DNA of 64,000 nucleotides. Source: an uncultured Pseudomonadota bacterium (GTDB lineage: Bacteria; Pseudomonadota; Alphaproteobacteria; JACZXZ01). The DNA lies in assembly GCA_963749075.1 (NCBI GenBank), contig CAVVLJ010000022.1, positions 128,001-192,000 on the forward strand, given 5' to 3'. The stretch's first letter is position 1. The number at the start of each line of letters is the position of its first letter. The notes beneath the pieces are model-generated. The model was not told where the DNA came from. It saw nothing but the letters and a program-made list of their open reading frames with translations, and made no database searches. Of this stretch, positions 32,432 through 43,212 are shown one piece after another. A program made the translations under genes and the position numbers.

Positions 32432-32512
32432 CGGTGGCGGGCCGCGGGCGGGCGGGCGCCACGATTGCAGGCGGGCTAACCTCGTCAATCGACCCCGGCG
32501 TCCGGTAGAAGC

Positions 32513-35500
32513 TCACGAGCTGGCGGAGACCGGTCTCGCGCCGCGGCCGGACGGCGCGAACAGGGCCTCGATGTCCTCCTCGGTAATGGCGAGCGTGGCG
32601 CTACGCTCGGCGTCGAGGATGCTGGCGACGAGGTCGCGCTTCCTTGCCTTGAGCGCCTCCATCTTCTCCTCGACCGTCTCCAGCATGACGAGCTTGTGGA
32701 CGAAGACCGCCTTGTTCTGGCCGATGCGGTGGGCGCGCCCGCTTGCCTGGTCCTCGACGGCGGGGTTCCACCAGGGATCGTAGAGGATGACGGTGTCGGC
32801 GGCGGTGAGGTTGAGGCCGGTGCCGCCTGCCTTCAGGCTGATGAGGAAGAGCGGCACCTCGCCCGCCTGGAACCGCCTGATCGGCGTCCCCCGCTCGCGC
32901 GTGTCGCCGGTCAGGACGACGCGCGCGATGCCCGCTCTGTCGAGCGCCTCCTCGATGAGCGCCAGCATGGAGGTGAACTGCGAGAAGAGCAAAATGCGCC
33001 GCCCCTCCTCGACGAGCTCGGGGATCATCTCCATCAGGCGCTCGAGCTTGGCCGAGCCGGCCTTGGTGTTGCGGACGGCCTGGAGCTTGACGAGGCGCGG
33101 GTCGCAGCAGACTTGGCGGAGCTTGAGGAGCGCATCGAGAATGACGATGCTCGAGCGCGCCAGGCCCTTCGCCGCGACGGCCTCGCGAACCTTGGCGTGC
33201 ATGGCAAGGCGGATGCTCTCGTAGATCGCCCGTTGCGCCGCCTCCATCTCAACCCGCTCGACGATCTCCGTCTTCGGCGGCAGCTCCAATTCGACCTCCT
33301 CCTTCGTTCGGCGCAGGAGAAAGGGCCGCACGCGCCGCGCGAGTTGCGTGCGCCGCTCGACGTCGCCGAGCTTCTCGATGGGCACGCGATAGCGGCGGTT
33401 GAAGTCCTGCCGGTCGCCGAGGAAGCCAGGTGCGAGGAAGGCGAAAAGCGACCACAGCTCGCCCAGATGGTTCTCGAGCGGCGTGCCGGAGAGGCAGAGG
33501 CGCTGGCGCGCCTCGAGCTTGGCCACGAGCCGCGTCGTCAGGGCGTTGGGGTTCTTGATGGTCTGCGCCTCGTCAAGGACGACGAGATGCCAAGCCAGTG
33601 CTGCCAGCGTCTCGTGGTCGCGCGCGAGCAGCGGATAGGTCGTGATCGCGAGGTCGTGCGAGGGAATGGCGCCGAAGCGCGCCTTGCGGTCGGCGCCATG
33701 GAGCGTCAGGAGCGAAAGTGCCGGTGCAAACCGCGCCGCCTCCATCGCCCAGTTCGTCACCAGGCTCGTCGGGCAAACCACGAGCGAGGGCCGGTCCATA
33801 TGTCCTGAGGCCTTCTCGGCCGCGAGATGGGCGAGCGTCTGCACCGTCTTGCCGAGCCCCATGTCGTCGGCGAGGATGCCGCCGATGCCGGCCTTGCGAA
33901 GGAACTGCAGCCAATCTAGGCCGCGTGCCTGGTACGGGCGCAAGGCGGCGCGGAAGTCCGGCGGCACCGTCGCTCGGGGGATGCTCCCGGTCTCGCGCAG
34001 AAGCCGGCCCAGTTCGCGCAAGCGCTCTCCGCCGCGCCAGAGCAGGCCCGCCGCGCGCGTAGCCTCCTCGAAGGCCGCGAGATCGCCGGCATCCAGTGCC
34101 GAGAAGCCGAGGCCCGTTGCCTTGCCGCCGAGGGCGCCGGCGCTGAAGAGCTCCAGGAGCGCCTTGAGGATCGGTCGAATGCGGCCGAAGGGGAGCGGCA
34201 GGATGCGTCCATCGGCGAGCGGGAGGAAGACCGGCGCATCCTTGGCCGCGCGCTCCCAAGTTGCCGCGTCGTCGGATGTTGCCACTTCGAGGAAGGCGAG
34301 CAATGCCGGCACCAGGTCGACGCGCTCGCCGTCGACCGTTGTGCCGAGCGCCAGCTCGAACCAATCGATGCCCGACCCTTCATGCAGCTCGGCTGTCACC
34401 TCGCCGGCGAACGTGGCGAACTTGACGGGGAAGTCGTCGGCGACCGCCACGGTCCAGCCTTCCGAGCGAAGCTTGGGCACCTCGAGGTAATGGAAATCGA
34501 TCCACTCCCTGCCGCTCGGGCTCCCCATCAGCATGAAATCGTTGCCATGGCGGCCGGCGGAATTGGCGTACCACACGTCGGCCACGCGGCGCAGGCCGCG
34601 TGCGATCAGGCGTTGGAATGCCCTTCGCTCGCCGTCGCGGTCCCGCTTGACGGCATAGAGGCGCCCCTCGTGCGCCACCGTCGGCACCATGCTTTTGTTG
34701 GCGTGAAGAACGAGCACCGGGCCGTAGCGGAAGGCGAGCCGGGCAAGCGGGGTCCGCACGCGCTCTCGGTCGGCCGCGCTCGAGTGCGAGCCGATGCGGC
34801 CATAACCGTACGGGTTTGCGGCAAGCTCGCCGACGAAGAGCTCGAGATGGGGGAGCGGCGGTGCCCGCAGGGGCTCCGGCGGCGCCATGGGGGCCGGCCA
34901 GGCGGCTTCCAGCGCCGGCAGCCGCTTCGCCAGCTCGGCGCGGACGAGCCCCGCGGCGGCGGCCGTAACCGGCGGTGCGGCCAGGAGCGTATCCGCGAGC
35001 GGTTGCGGGCAGTCGAGCTCGAGCGGACCGAGCACGCCGCGTGCCGCGTCGACATACCAAGCGGGCGCCAGGCGAAACGCTTCGAAACCGCTCTCCGTCT
35101 CGACCGCGAGTTGCTGGGTGCCGTCTTCGCCAAGGCGCCAAGCGAGCCGCCCGGGCCACGCGCGGCCTTCGCTCACCGCTGGCCCCTCGATGGATTTCCA
35201 GCGCGCCCGCCCGGTTGCGATGATCTGGCGCAGCGTCTCGACGCCCTCGGCGCCTTCGAGGCGACGGCCGCCGGCGCCATAGTAATACGAGGGGCCGGCC
35301 ACGAGGCGCCGCATGATGCGCCGGTCGGAAGGGCGGAGGAATTTGGCCGGCTTCGGCTGATGGATGTTCTGCGGCGACCAGCGGCTCGCATTCGCTGCGT
35401 AGGACCCGTCCTTGCGCAGGCGGGCGGACATGGGAGCGACGTTCAGGGCGGGGATGCCCTGCACCGGCGCGTCGAGGCTGAGCACATAGACAAGGCGCTG

Positions 35501-35989
35501 TCGCACCTCCGGAGGGTAGTCTTCATTTCCGCCGTCGCGCGCCTCATCGAGCGCCCGCAGCCAGGCAGCGATGTCGGGCGGCGCCGCGGGTGATGCGTCA
35601 TTCTCCTTCGTCTCGGCAAGTGCTGCTGTGCGAGGGACGGTGGTGTCCTCGGCGTTGTCCGGGAGGCGCAACGAAAGGGTCTCGGGCGCGGCGACGATGC
35701 CGCGCCCCTCCAAGACCGCCATCAGGGCGGCGGCGACATGCTTGCAGTTGAACCCCACCGGGCACGAGCACGTGCCCTCGATCTCGACGAGCCCGCCGGG
35801 ATAGGTGCTGAGGGAGATGTCTTGCGCATAGGGGCGGCGCGCCGAACCTTGCACCTTGGACGTGACCACGGCGCCGTCCGCCGAGAGCGCGGTCGCGAGT
35901 ACGTTGCCCAGTCTCAGATATTCGCGTGCCTTGGCGAAGGCATTTCGCGAAACCGCATCGCGGACGTCGTCAAGGGTGAACGCGATCAT
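32513..35989 (-). CDS. SWIM zinc finger-SNF2 family helicase/ATPase
   Basis: SWIM CSCPVGFNCKH; LRPYQ, LADDMGLGKT, DEAQ, SGTPLENHL, LISLKAGGTGLNLT.AD, DPWWNPAVEDQA..RAHRIGQ. Confidence 0.93.
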   Translation of the reverse strand: MIAFTLDDVRDAVSRNAFAKAREYLRLGNVLATALSADGAVVTSKVQGSARRPYAQDISLSTYPGGLVEIEGTCSCPVGFNCKHVAAALMAVLEGRGIVAAPETLSLRLPDNAEDTTVPRTAALAETKENDASPAAPPDIAAWLRALDEARDGGNEDYPPEVRQRLVYVLSLDAPVQGIPALNVAPMSARLRKDGSYAANASRWSPQNIHQPKPAKFLRPSDRRIMRRLVAGPSYYYGAGGRRLEGAEGVETLRQIIATGRARWKSIEGPAVSEGRAWPGRLAWRLGEDGTQQLAVETESGFEAFRLAPAWYVDAARGVLGPLELDCPQPLADTLLAAPPVTAAAAGLVRAELAKRLPALEAAWPAPMAPPEPLRAPPLPHLELFVGELAANPYGYGRIGSHSSAADRERVRTPLARLAFRYGPVLVLHANKSMVPTVAHEGRLYAVKRDRDGERRAFQRLIARGLRRVADVWYANSAGRHGNDFMLMGSPSGREWIDFHYLEVPKLRSEGWTVAVADDFPVKFATFAGEVTAELHEGSGIDWFELALGTTVDGERVDLVPALLAFLEVATSDDAATWERAAKDAPVFLPLADGRILPLPFGRIRPILKALLELFSAGALGGKATGLGFSALDAGDLAAFEEATRAAGLLWRGGERLRELGRLLRETGSIPRATVPPDFRAALRPYQARGLDWLQFLRKAGIGGILADDMGLGKTVQTLAHLAAEKASGHMDRPSLVVCPTSLVTNWAMEAARFAPALSLLTLHGADRKARFGAIPSHDLAITTYPLLARDHETLAALAWHLVVLDEAQTIKNPNALTTRLVAKLEARQRLCLSGTPLENHLGELWSLFAFLAPGFLGDRQDFNRRYRVPIEKLGDVERRTQLARRVRPFLLRRTKEEVELELPPKTEIVERVEMEAAQRAIYESIRLAMHAKVREAVAAKGLARSSIVILDALLKLRQVCCDPRLVKLQAVRNTKAGSAKLERLMEMIPELVEEGRRILLFSQFTSMLALIEEALDRAGIARVVLTGDTRERGTPIRRFQAGEVPLFLISLKAGGTGLNLTAADTVILYDPWWNPAVEDQASGRAHRIGQNKAVFVHKLVMLETVEEKMEALKARKRDLVASILDAERSATLAITEEDIEALFAPSGRGARPVSASS

Positions 35990-36084
35990 AGAGGCTGTCA
36001 GCGGACGGAATGCATCAAAACGCCATCTCGACCTATCCGGACCGTGCGGTCAAGTGTGAGCGGGGCGCTCGCCGCGAGCCGAAT

Positions 36085-37002
36085 CTAGCCCCCGCGCTCG
36101 AGCCGGATGAGCGCCTCCTCGATGAGCGGGCGCGCGCGGGCGACCACGTCCTCGCCGGCCGCGATGCTCTCGGCCGCGCGGTCGAACTGCAGGATGCCGA
36201 TGTTGCCGAGCCTGGGCGCCAGGAGGACGTCCGGCGGGTCGCCCGCAAGGCGGGAGCGGCTGATGCGGTCCTGCACGATCTGCAGCGAGCGCGCCATCAC
36301 GGAAAGGATGCTGGGCTCGTCGGCTCGCTGGCGGAAGAGCTGGCGGGCGAGGTCGGCGCCGGGCAGGTTCTTGAGCCGGCGCACGATGTCGCGCTCGTCG
36401 TCGATCGCGAGCTCCCGCGCTGTGCGGAAGCGCAGCGTGCCGAAGGTATCCGCATTGAGGTTGACCGCGATGACGAGCCGCGCGCCGAGCGCCCGGCAGA
36501 GCGAGACGGGAATCGGGTTGACGAGGGCACCGTCGAGGAGCCAGCGGCCGCCGATCTTGACCGGCGGCAGCACGCCGGGCAGCGCATAGGAGGCGCGCAC
36601 GGCCTCGAGCAGGCTGCCCTTCTGCAGCCAGACCTCGCGGCCGCTCTCGAGATCGGTGGCGACGCAGGCGAAGCGGCAGGCGAGCTTCTCGATGCGCAGG
36701 TCGTGGAGCTCCTGGTCGAAGATCTGCATGATGCGGCGGCCGGCGATCAAGCCGCCGTGGCCCAGGCGGAAATCGAACATGCGCGAAAGCCGCAGCCTGT
36801 TGAGCGCCCGCGCCCAGGCCTCGAGCTCGCCGAGCCGGCCGCCGAGATGCACCCCGCCGATGAGGGCGCCGATCGAGGTGCCGCAGACGATGCCGGGCTG
36901 GACACCCATGCGGGCGAGCTCGCGGATGATGCCGATATGCGCCCAGCCGCGGGCGACGCCGCTGCCGAGCGCCAGGCCGATCTCCGGGTTCGCCGCCGCC
37001 AT
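36085..37002 (-). CDS. Patatin-like phospholipase (RssA-like)
   Basis: GSGVARGWAHIG, GTSIG nucleophile motif, DGALVNPIP. Confidence 0.92.
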   Translation of the reverse strand: MAAANPEIGLALGSGVARGWAHIGIIRELARMGVQPGIVCGTSIGALIGGVHLGGRLGELEAWARALNRLRLSRMFDFRLGHGGLIAGRRIMQIFDQELHDLRIEKLACRFACVATDLESGREVWLQKGSLLEAVRASYALPGVLPPVKIGGRWLLDGALVNPIPVSLCRALGARLVIAVNLNADTFGTLRFRTARELAIDDERDIVRRLKNLPGADLARQLFRQRADEPSILSVMARSLQIVQDRISRSRLAGDPPDVLLAPRLGNIGILQFDRAAESIAAGEDVVARARPLIEEALIRLERGG

Positions 37003-37181
37003 CCTTTGCCACCCTCAGGGCCGCCGTACCATGTCCTCGACATTACCGCAGAATCGGCAGGAACGTGGACGCCATTGCAGCGCCGCCGGCGCCGAGGCAG
37101 CGCCGGCCGTCCCTGCCGCATCTTGCGGTCGCCCGCGCGACGCGCCATGATCGGCCGCGTCAAAGAGGGAAGGGGACAACG

Positions 37182-37973
37182 ATGAGGCCCAATAACGTTC
37201 AAGCGGTCTGGAGCAAGAGCGGCGCCGTGGTCAATGGCTGGCTCGGCATTCCGAACAGCTTCTCGGCCGAGGTCATGGCGACGCTCGGCTGGGATTCGCT
37301 GGTCATCGACCTGCAGCACGGGCTGATCGACTATCAGACCGCGGTCACCATGATGCAGGCGATCTCGACGACCGCCACCACGCCGCTCGTGCGCGTGCCG
37401 TGGAACGACCCCGCCATCATCATGAAATGCCTCGACGCCGGCGCCTACGGCGTCATCTGCCCGATGATCAACGACCGCGAGGAGGCGGAGCGCTTCGTGG
37501 GCGCCTGCCGCTATCCGCCCAAGGGCTACCGCAGCTCTGGCCCCATCCGCGGCATGATCTACGGCGGCAGCGACTACCAGACCAAGGCCGACGAGACGAT
37601 CGTGACGCTGGCCATGATCGAGACGGCGGACGGGGTGAAGAACCTCGATGCCATCTGCTCGACGCCGGGCCTCGACGCCGTCTATATCGGGCCCAATGAT
37701 CTCTCGCTGACCCACGGCGGCAAGGGCGGGCTCGACGCGACCGACCCGATGGTCGTGGCCCTCATCGACCGCATCCTCGCGGCGGCCAAGCGCAATGGCA
37801 TCAAGGCCGGCATCCACACCGGCAGCGTCGCCTATGCCAAGGCCATGATCGCCAAGGGCTTCGATTTCGTGACCGTGCTGAGCGACAACCGCATCCTCGC
37901 GCAACTCGGCCGCCAGGTGGTGGAGGAGATGCGCGGCGGCGCTGCCAAGAAGGGCCCGGGCGGCGTCTATTGA
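37182..37973 (+). CDS. HpcH/HpaI aldolase family protein
   Basis: [43 protein letters not shown]. Confidence 0.92.
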   Translation: MRPNNVQAVWSKSGAVVNGWLGIPNSFSAEVMATLGWDSLVIDLQHGLIDYQTAVTMMQAISTTATTPLVRVPWNDPAIIMKCLDAGAYGVICPMINDREEAERFVGACRYPPKGYRSSGPIRGMIYGGSDYQTKADETIVTLAMIETADGVKNLDAICSTPGLDAVYIGPNDLSLTHGGKGGLDATDPMVVALIDRILAAAKRNGIKAGIHTGSVAYAKAMIAKGFDFVTVLSDNRILAQLGRQVVEEMRGGAAKKGPGGVY

Positions 37974-38008
37974 GGCGGCCCTGCGGCGCGAGCCGGGGAG
38001 GTTCTGTC

Positions 38009-38827
38009 ATGTCGAGAGCCTTGCAAGCGGAAAGCGGCCGAGCATTGCGGGACGAGTCCGCGGCGGCCGTGCGGGCGCGCATCCGGTGCGGCGACTATCG
38101 CGGCCAGACCTCGGGCCTGGCGCCGGGCAACGTGCAGGGCAACGTCGCCATCCTGCCGGCCGATTGGGCCGACGAGTTCCTGCGCTTCTGCCTACAAAAC
38201 CCCAAGCCCTGTCCGGTTCTCGCCGTGGGCCGGCCGGGCGACCCGATGCTCCCCACCCTCGGCCGCGACATCGACATCCGCAGCGACCTGCCGCGCTACC
38301 GCGTCTTCCGCGACGGTATGGAGATCGACAGCCCGCACGACGCGCGGCGCTGGTGGCGCGAAGATCTCGTCACCTTCGTGCTCGGCTGCTCCTTCTCCTT
38401 CGAGGAGGCGCTCCTGGAGGGCGGGCTTCGCTTGCGTCACGTCGAGGAGGGCATCGGCGTGCCGATGTTCCGCACCAGCATCGACACGGTGCCGACCGAG
38501 CGCCTCAGCGGCAAGCTCGTCGTCTCCATGCGGCCCTTCCGGCCGGCCGACGCCATCCGCGCCGTGCAGATCACCTCGCGCTTCCCGAGCGTGCATGGGG
38601 CGCCCGTGCACATCGGCCTGCCGCAGGCGATCGGCATCGCCGACGTGGCCAAGCCCGATTTCGGCGACGCGGTCGCCGTGCACGCGGACGAGCTGCCGGT
38701 CTTCTGGGCCTGCGGGGTGACGCCGCAAGCGGTGATCGAGGCGGCGCGGCCGCCCTTCTCGATCACGCACTATCCGGGACATATGCTGGTCACGGACCTC
38801 GTCAACGCCGAGCTCGCAGCACTCTGA
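38009..38827 (+). CDS. Putative hydro-lyase, D-glutamate cyclase family (DUF1445)
   Basis: [59 protein letters not shown]. Confidence 0.9.
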   Translation: MSRALQAESGRALRDESAAAVRARIRCGDYRGQTSGLAPGNVQGNVAILPADWADEFLRFCLQNPKPCPVLAVGRPGDPMLPTLGRDIDIRSDLPRYRVFRDGMEIDSPHDARRWWREDLVTFVLGCSFSFEEALLEGGLRLRHVEEGIGVPMFRTSIDTVPTERLSGKLVVSMRPFRPADAIRAVQITSRFPSVHGAPVHIGLPQAIGIADVAKPDFGDAVAVHADELPVFWACGVTPQAVIEAARPPFSITHYPGHMLVTDLVNAELAAL

Positions 38828-38888
38828 GGGGAGCCGCGCTCGCGGCGGATGGCCGGCTGCGCCGGCGGGCGATAAGGTGTTTGATTTT

Positions 38889-38914
38889 TGTAACCAGATA
38901 CGTTATACGTTACA
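38889..38914. promoter_or_regulatory. Probable HigA operator overlapping the higBA promoter
   Basis: TGTAAC...GTTATA.GTTACA inverted repeat ending 3 nt before the GTG start of higB. Confidence 0.6.
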
Positions 38915-38917
38915 TCT

Positions 38918-39196
38918 GTGATTTTGAGGTTCCGTCATAAGGGGCTGGAACGGCTGTTCGCGACCGGCGACACCAGGGGAATCAGCACACAGCATGCCGA
39001 ATGGATTCGCGTGCTGCTGACCACCCTGAACACCAGCAGAAACCCCGCCGACATGAATCTGCCGGGGTTCCGGCTTCATCCCCTGAAAGGCAAGCGCAAA
39101 GGGCAATGGGCGGTGTCGGTATCCGGGAATTGGCGGCTGGTGTTTGAATTTGACGGCGAGAACGCCACCAATGTTGACTTGGTTGATTATCACTGA
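38918..39196 (+). CDS. higB: HigB (RelE/ParE-like) toxin
   Basis: FRHKGLERLF..G...GI, PGFRLHPLKG...GQWAVSVSGNWRLVFEF, VDYH. Confidence 0.95.
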   Translation: MILRFRHKGLERLFATGDTRGISTQHAEWIRVLLTTLNTSRNPADMNLPGFRLHPLKGKRKGQWAVSVSGNWRLVFEFDGENATNVDLVDYH

Positions 39197-39213
39197 CGAA
39201 AGGAGATTGAACC

Positions 39214-39510
39214 ATGAAGATGCACAATCCGGTACATCCCGGCGAAGTCATCCGGGAGGCTTGTCTTAAGGCGCTTGGCTTGAGCGTCACCGAGGCAGCC
39301 AAGGGCTTGGGGGTCACGCGCAAGGCGCTGTCCGAGCTGTTGAACGGCCATAGCGGCGTGTCGCCCGAGATGGCGATCCGGCTTGAAAAAGCCGGATGGA
39401 GCACGGCCGAGACGTGGCTCCGGATGCAGATGCAGCATGACCTGTGGCACGCGCAGCAGAAAGCGAAAAGCCTCAAGGTTGCACGGTTCCGGCAGCACAC
39501 TGTGGCTTGA
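39214..39510 (+). CDS. higA: HigA (XRE HTH) antitoxin
   Basis: [55 protein letters not shown]. Confidence 0.95.
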   Translation: MKMHNPVHPGEVIREACLKALGLSVTEAAKGLGVTRKALSELLNGHSGVSPEMAIRLEKAGWSTAETWLRMQMQHDLWHAQQKAKSLKVARFRQHTVA

Positions 39511-39718
39511 CCCAGCGGGGCGGTGACGGCTCCGTCGCGTTGGTGCCATAACAGCGGGCGTGATGGTTATGCGTCAGCCGTGACAAACCCACATGCCAGA
39601 TCAACCGCGTCGGCCTTGCTGGTGAACTCCGAAGGCCGCCTGATCCTATCTGGAGGGCTGGTCATCTGGCGGATTTCAGAATATGCCTGGGCATGAGTAA
39701 TTTGCCGGGGGCTGGTCA

Positions 39719-40012
39719 ATGCGAGTGACAGCTTGGTCCGACGGCGGCGTGGGATACGGCCTTCGTATCGGCCCGCTAAACCGGAAGCTCTACTTCCGTC
39801 GGTCATGGCGGAACATCACTGTCGAGATTGACGGCCGCCCAATAGAGTTACGATTAGCCAGTAGCTTCTGGCGGTCGTGCCCGGAGATTAGGGGAAAACC
39901 AATCGCGGACTGGTTTCAAGCGAATGGATTTGCCACATGGTCCAAGGGCCATCCTCCGCCGTTCGATTTGGTGCCGATCGGCGAACAGAAGTTTCGATTG
40001 ATGCGCTATTGA
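39719..40012 (+). CDS. Small hypothetical protein (97 aa)
   Basis: Protein-like Trp/Gly pattern (TAWSDG..GYGLRI...SFWRSCPEIR...W.KG.PP); 4 nt before the next ATG. Confidence 0.6.
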   Translation: MRVTAWSDGGVGYGLRIGPLNRKLYFRRSWRNITVEIDGRPIELRLASSFWRSCPEIRGKPIADWFQANGFATWSKGHPPPFDLVPIGEQKFRLMRY

Positions 40013-40131
40013 TCCTATGAGCACTCCAGATTTTGACTCACGCCATGAGGCGCACTTGGCCCGCCATCTGACACTTGCGCTAATGGTTATGTTGGGCATC
40101 ACGGGCATCGCAAATGCCGACAGTCTGACTA

Positions 40132-40955
40132 GGGTCTGTACCCACATAATGTCTTGAAAAAGTTTTGTGATTGTGATTCACCGTGATTGGAGGTGGATCA
40201 TGCGGTTTGATTTGAGCGATGAGGAATGGGCGGTTCTTGAGCCGTTGATGCCGGCCCTTCGCAAGAAGGCGCGAGAGGATGATCGCCGGATCATGAATGG
40301 CATCTTCTACGTGCTGCGCACCGGCATGCCGTGGCGAGATTTGCCGGAGCGCTATGGGCCTTGCACGACGGTCTACAATCGCTTCAACCGCTGGTCTCGC
40401 CGCGGCATCTGGAAGCGGATGTTCGACGCACTGGCCGCGACATCGCGCGATAGCCTCTATCTGATCGACAGCACCATCGTGAAAGCGCACCGCGCGGCGA
40501 GCGGCGCAAAAGGGGGGAGAAAAATCAGGCGATCGGCATCAGCCGGGGCGGGCGCAGCACGAAAATCCACGCAGTCGTCGACGGCAAAGGCCGCCCGCTG
40601 AACTTCATCGTCACGGGCGCACAGGTCCATGACAGCCAAGTCGTCGAAGCGGTACTGGACACGCCCAAGCCGCCCCTCGCCGTCGCGGCCGACAAGGCTT
40701 ATGACAGCCAAAAGGTCCGCCAGCAGATCAGGGACGAAGGTGCCTTGCCCGTCATCCCCAGCCGCAGCAATGCCACCAAGAAAGCCTATTGTCCCAAGCG
40801 CATCTATCGCAGGCGCCACAAGATCGAAAATTACTTCTGCCGCATCAAGGATTGGCGGCGCATCGCAACCCGATACGACAAGCTGGCCAGAAACTTCCTT
40901 GCCGCCGCAGCTCTCGTCGGAGCACTCTACTGGATCAAATTGTGAGTCCAGACCC
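40132..40955 (+). mobile_element. IS5 family (IS427 group) insertion sequence, 824 bp
   Basis: Terminal IRs GGGTCTGTACCCACA / TGTGAGTCCAGACCC (13/15 match); TA on both flanks (40130-31, 40956-57). Confidence 0.92.
40200..40945 (+). CDS. IS5/IS427 transposase, orfA+orfB joined by programmed -1 frameshift
   Basis: DLSDEEW...LRTGMPWRDLPERYG...YNRFNRW, IDST.VKAH; slippery AAAAGGGGGG at 40508-40517; orfB with ADKAYDS and IENYFCRIKDWRRIATRYDKLA. Confidence 0.9.
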
Positions 40956-41444
40956 TAATCAGTTGATCCAACTCGGCGCATCAAGAGCGCGTGACTGCCT
41001 GAAAGTCGCGGCGAGCGCTGGCCCATACAAAGCTGACCACATGCATTCTTACGCCGACTGTCTAAAGTCGATTGCTTTCCCGATTCAGTATTCCTCCGAC
41101 AAGGAGAAGGTTGTCGATTCCGGCATTTTCATTGCCGGTCGCTACATTATGAAACGTGAGTTCGGCGAAATAGACCAGAAAACATACGGGACGCTGGGAA
41201 GGGATCAGTTCAACGAAATCGACGCCAGTTATAAGTGGGCCTTGGCGTATCTCAAAGAACGGGGATCGGGGAAAGATGCAGCCTGTGCTGCCATTGGGTG
41301 GGTGGACTGCAACGTGATACCGTGATTGCAGCAGCGCCACGCATCAACCGAGGCCAGCGCGCGCCAGGGCCTTAGCTCCATCGAGGCAGAAGGATTCCCC
41401 TCCCTTTCTATATGTGTCCTTTATCAGACATTTAGAGCCAAGAC

Positions 41445-42242
41445 ATGCGCCGCCCCCTGAATCCCCGGATAACGAACATCGCTCACGACGCTGACGTTCT
41501 CGATCGGGACGGGAGTGCAAGGGATGCTCTGGTTGATCGCTTCCTTGCGCTATCCGTGGCGCGGACGTTGGCGGTGGTTATACCGGGAGGGGTTCGCCAG
41601 CAGGTTCAACACCCTCATACGCCTGCCGAGGTGAAGGGCGCGGTGCTGCCTCAGATTTTCAACCTTCGCCCCGGGCTGAATACATCGCAACAGGATACCC
41701 GGCGGCGCATTCTTGCAGTGCTACAGGGTAACGCCCGGCCAGAAACACACGCTGCCGACGCATCGTACCTTTCAGAGGCTGTCGAAACCGGCTGCGGTTA
41801 CTTCATCGCTCGCGACAAACGCTTTTTCAAAAAGCGCGAGGAGCTTCATGAGATATTGCCGCCGTCCCTCAACATTGTGACGTTGGAGGAGTTTTTTGGA
41901 ATCTTCGACGATTACGAGACGCAGGGGCGGGGACGAACCTCGATGAGGTGGAGCGGATGGGGATTTGAATCGGAGAACGCTGCAATGGATCACTTCCCAA
42001 TTGATCAATTCGATGTCGATCTCTCAGAACGCAAGGTGCTTCATAAGCCATCAGGAATCTGTTTCTCATTCGGAGTGTACACCAATGAGGAGGACTGGCA
42101 GAAAGCGGACAGCGTAAAATTCAGAGACAATCCTAATTTTACAGGAGATCGCATGGCGCTCGCTGCTGCCGCTAAGGCCGCAGCAATTGCCAAAGGCATG
42201 AAGGCGAAGCGCCCAAACGCGGACATTGCGGGGCGTTCCTAA
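41445..42242 (+). CDS. Hypothetical protein: N-terminal PIN-like region fused to an unrelated C-terminal segment
   Basis: IAHDADVLD...HAADASYLSEA..TGCGYFIARDKRF resembles PIN acidic motifs; a second module seems to start at MDHFPIDQF. Confidence 0.5.
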   Translation: MRRPLNPRITNIAHDADVLDRDGSARDALVDRFLALSVARTLAVVIPGGVRQQVQHPHTPAEVKGAVLPQIFNLRPGLNTSQQDTRRRILAVLQGNARPETHAADASYLSEAVETGCGYFIARDKRFFKKREELHEILPPSLNIVTLEEFFGIFDDYETQGRGRTSMRWSGWGFESENAAMDHFPIDQFDVDLSERKVLHKPSGICFSFGVYTNEEDWQKADSVKFRDNPNFTGDRMALAAAAKAAAIAKGMKAKRPNADIAGRS

Positions 42243-42314
42243 CTGCCTGCGCCGGGGGCGGGCGCTGGCCAACTTGTTCGGCACAGTAGACTAAGCTCGG
42301 TTTTGCGAGCGGAT

Positions 42315-42764
42315 ATGAGCACCCAAGACCCTAGCGAACAACGACGACTGCGGCGGCTGAGCCTAGGCTGGCACTGGCTCTGGTTTCTTCCGTTTTGCGT
42401 GGTCGTGGTGTCGCTGGTTGAGCGGCATACGGTCACCTACGCCTTCGCAGTCCTCAAGCTGGGCTGGCAACGCTGGTCGTGGGGTGGCGTGCTCTCGCCG
42501 TCGGCGTTCTTCTGTCTGATCGTGGTTTTGGCCTCGGTTATTTGGCCGGTTCTCGGCCTAGGTTTTGTCGCCCTCCTCGTCGCGGCGAGACAGCGCTGGC
42601 GCTATTCGGTGCTTCTGATCGTTGTTGGGATATTCCTGCTTCCTTTTATCGCCGATGCTCTGATGTGGGGATCATTCCCCTTCACATTCGACGACGAGGG
42701 GGTTGCACGATTAAGGATGATCCCCTTCGTTCCGTGGCCAAGCGCTCACTTCGGGGAATACTGA
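42315..42764 (+). CDS. Hypothetical membrane protein (about 3 TM)
   Basis: Hydrophobic stretches WLWFLPFCVVVV, FFCLIVVLASVIWPVLGLGFVALLV, VLLIVVGIFLLPFIA. Confidence 0.6.
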   Translation: MSTQDPSEQRRLRRLSLGWHWLWFLPFCVVVVSLVERHTVTYAFAVLKLGWQRWSWGGVLSPSAFFCLIVVLASVIWPVLGLGFVALLVAARQRWRYSVLLIVVGIFLLPFIADALMWGSFPFTFDDEGVARLRMIPFVPWPSAHFGEY

Positions 42765-42858
42765 CCGCGCTCGCGGCGCGTGAGGTGCAACGCGGGCCTT
42801 CGGCGGCCTGTTTTCGGGGAACGCGAAAGGCACTATACGGAAGATCGTGGCTAGGCGG

Positions 42859-43212
42859 TCACGGGTTTTCTACGCCCTCGCGAATCGTCCGCACGAGGCG
42901 CTCACCCGGCCTAAGATCGTCGTATGTGATGATGATGAGTTTGTTATTCTCGTCGGTTATGCCGAATCGGTCGATGTAAGTCGTGTAATCGCCAGCTTCA
43001 TACTTCTTGGCAATTAGACGACCGATCTGCGGTAGGTTGCTTTCTACGAGGGCAATCCTCTGCCGATGCGAAACCTCGCGAAGCTGAAAGTAGCCGGCAA
43101 TTGCCTCGCGGGTGATCCGGGTGATAACCCAAATCTTGCCATCGTCGACCAACACCACTACAAAGGAGTCATCGCTTTGACCCTGCGACAACCGAACATC
43201 ACTTAGCGCCAT
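42859..43212 (-). CDS. Hypothetical protein (DUF1488-like)
   Basis: ITRITREAIAGYF...IALVESNLPQIGRLIAKKY..G pattern resembles DUF1488 proteins; family call is tentative. Confidence 0.5.
   Translation of the reverse strand: MALSDVRLSQGQSDDSFVVVLVDDGKIWVITRITREAIAGYFQLREVSHRQRIALVESNLPQIGRLIAKKYEAGDYTTYIDRFGITDENNKLIIITYDDLRPGERLVRTIREGVENP

Larger units (their letters stand above)
40017..41325 (+). pseudogene. Secreted hypothetical protein (160 aa when reconstructed), interrupted by an IS
   Basis: 40017-40131 encodes a signal peptide (LTLALMVMLGITGIANA-DSLT); removing the IS and one TA copy continues in frame as NQLIQLGASRARDC...VDCNVIP*. Confidence 0.75.

Noticed and set aside
32513-37002. 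SWIM-SNF2 ATPase plus patatin as a defence system
   Set aside because: Both have core-like GC and belong to widespread families; no methylase, nuclease or cyclase partner is adjacent.
39547-39576. CATAAC...GTTATG inverted repeat after higA (and CCTAAC...GTTCGGC after 42242) as possible attC sites
   Set aside because: Too short, no L boxes or extended stem, and no integron integrase.
40508-40517. Split transposase as a pseudogene
   Set aside because: AAAAGGGGGG is the normal programmed frameshift of IS427-group elements.
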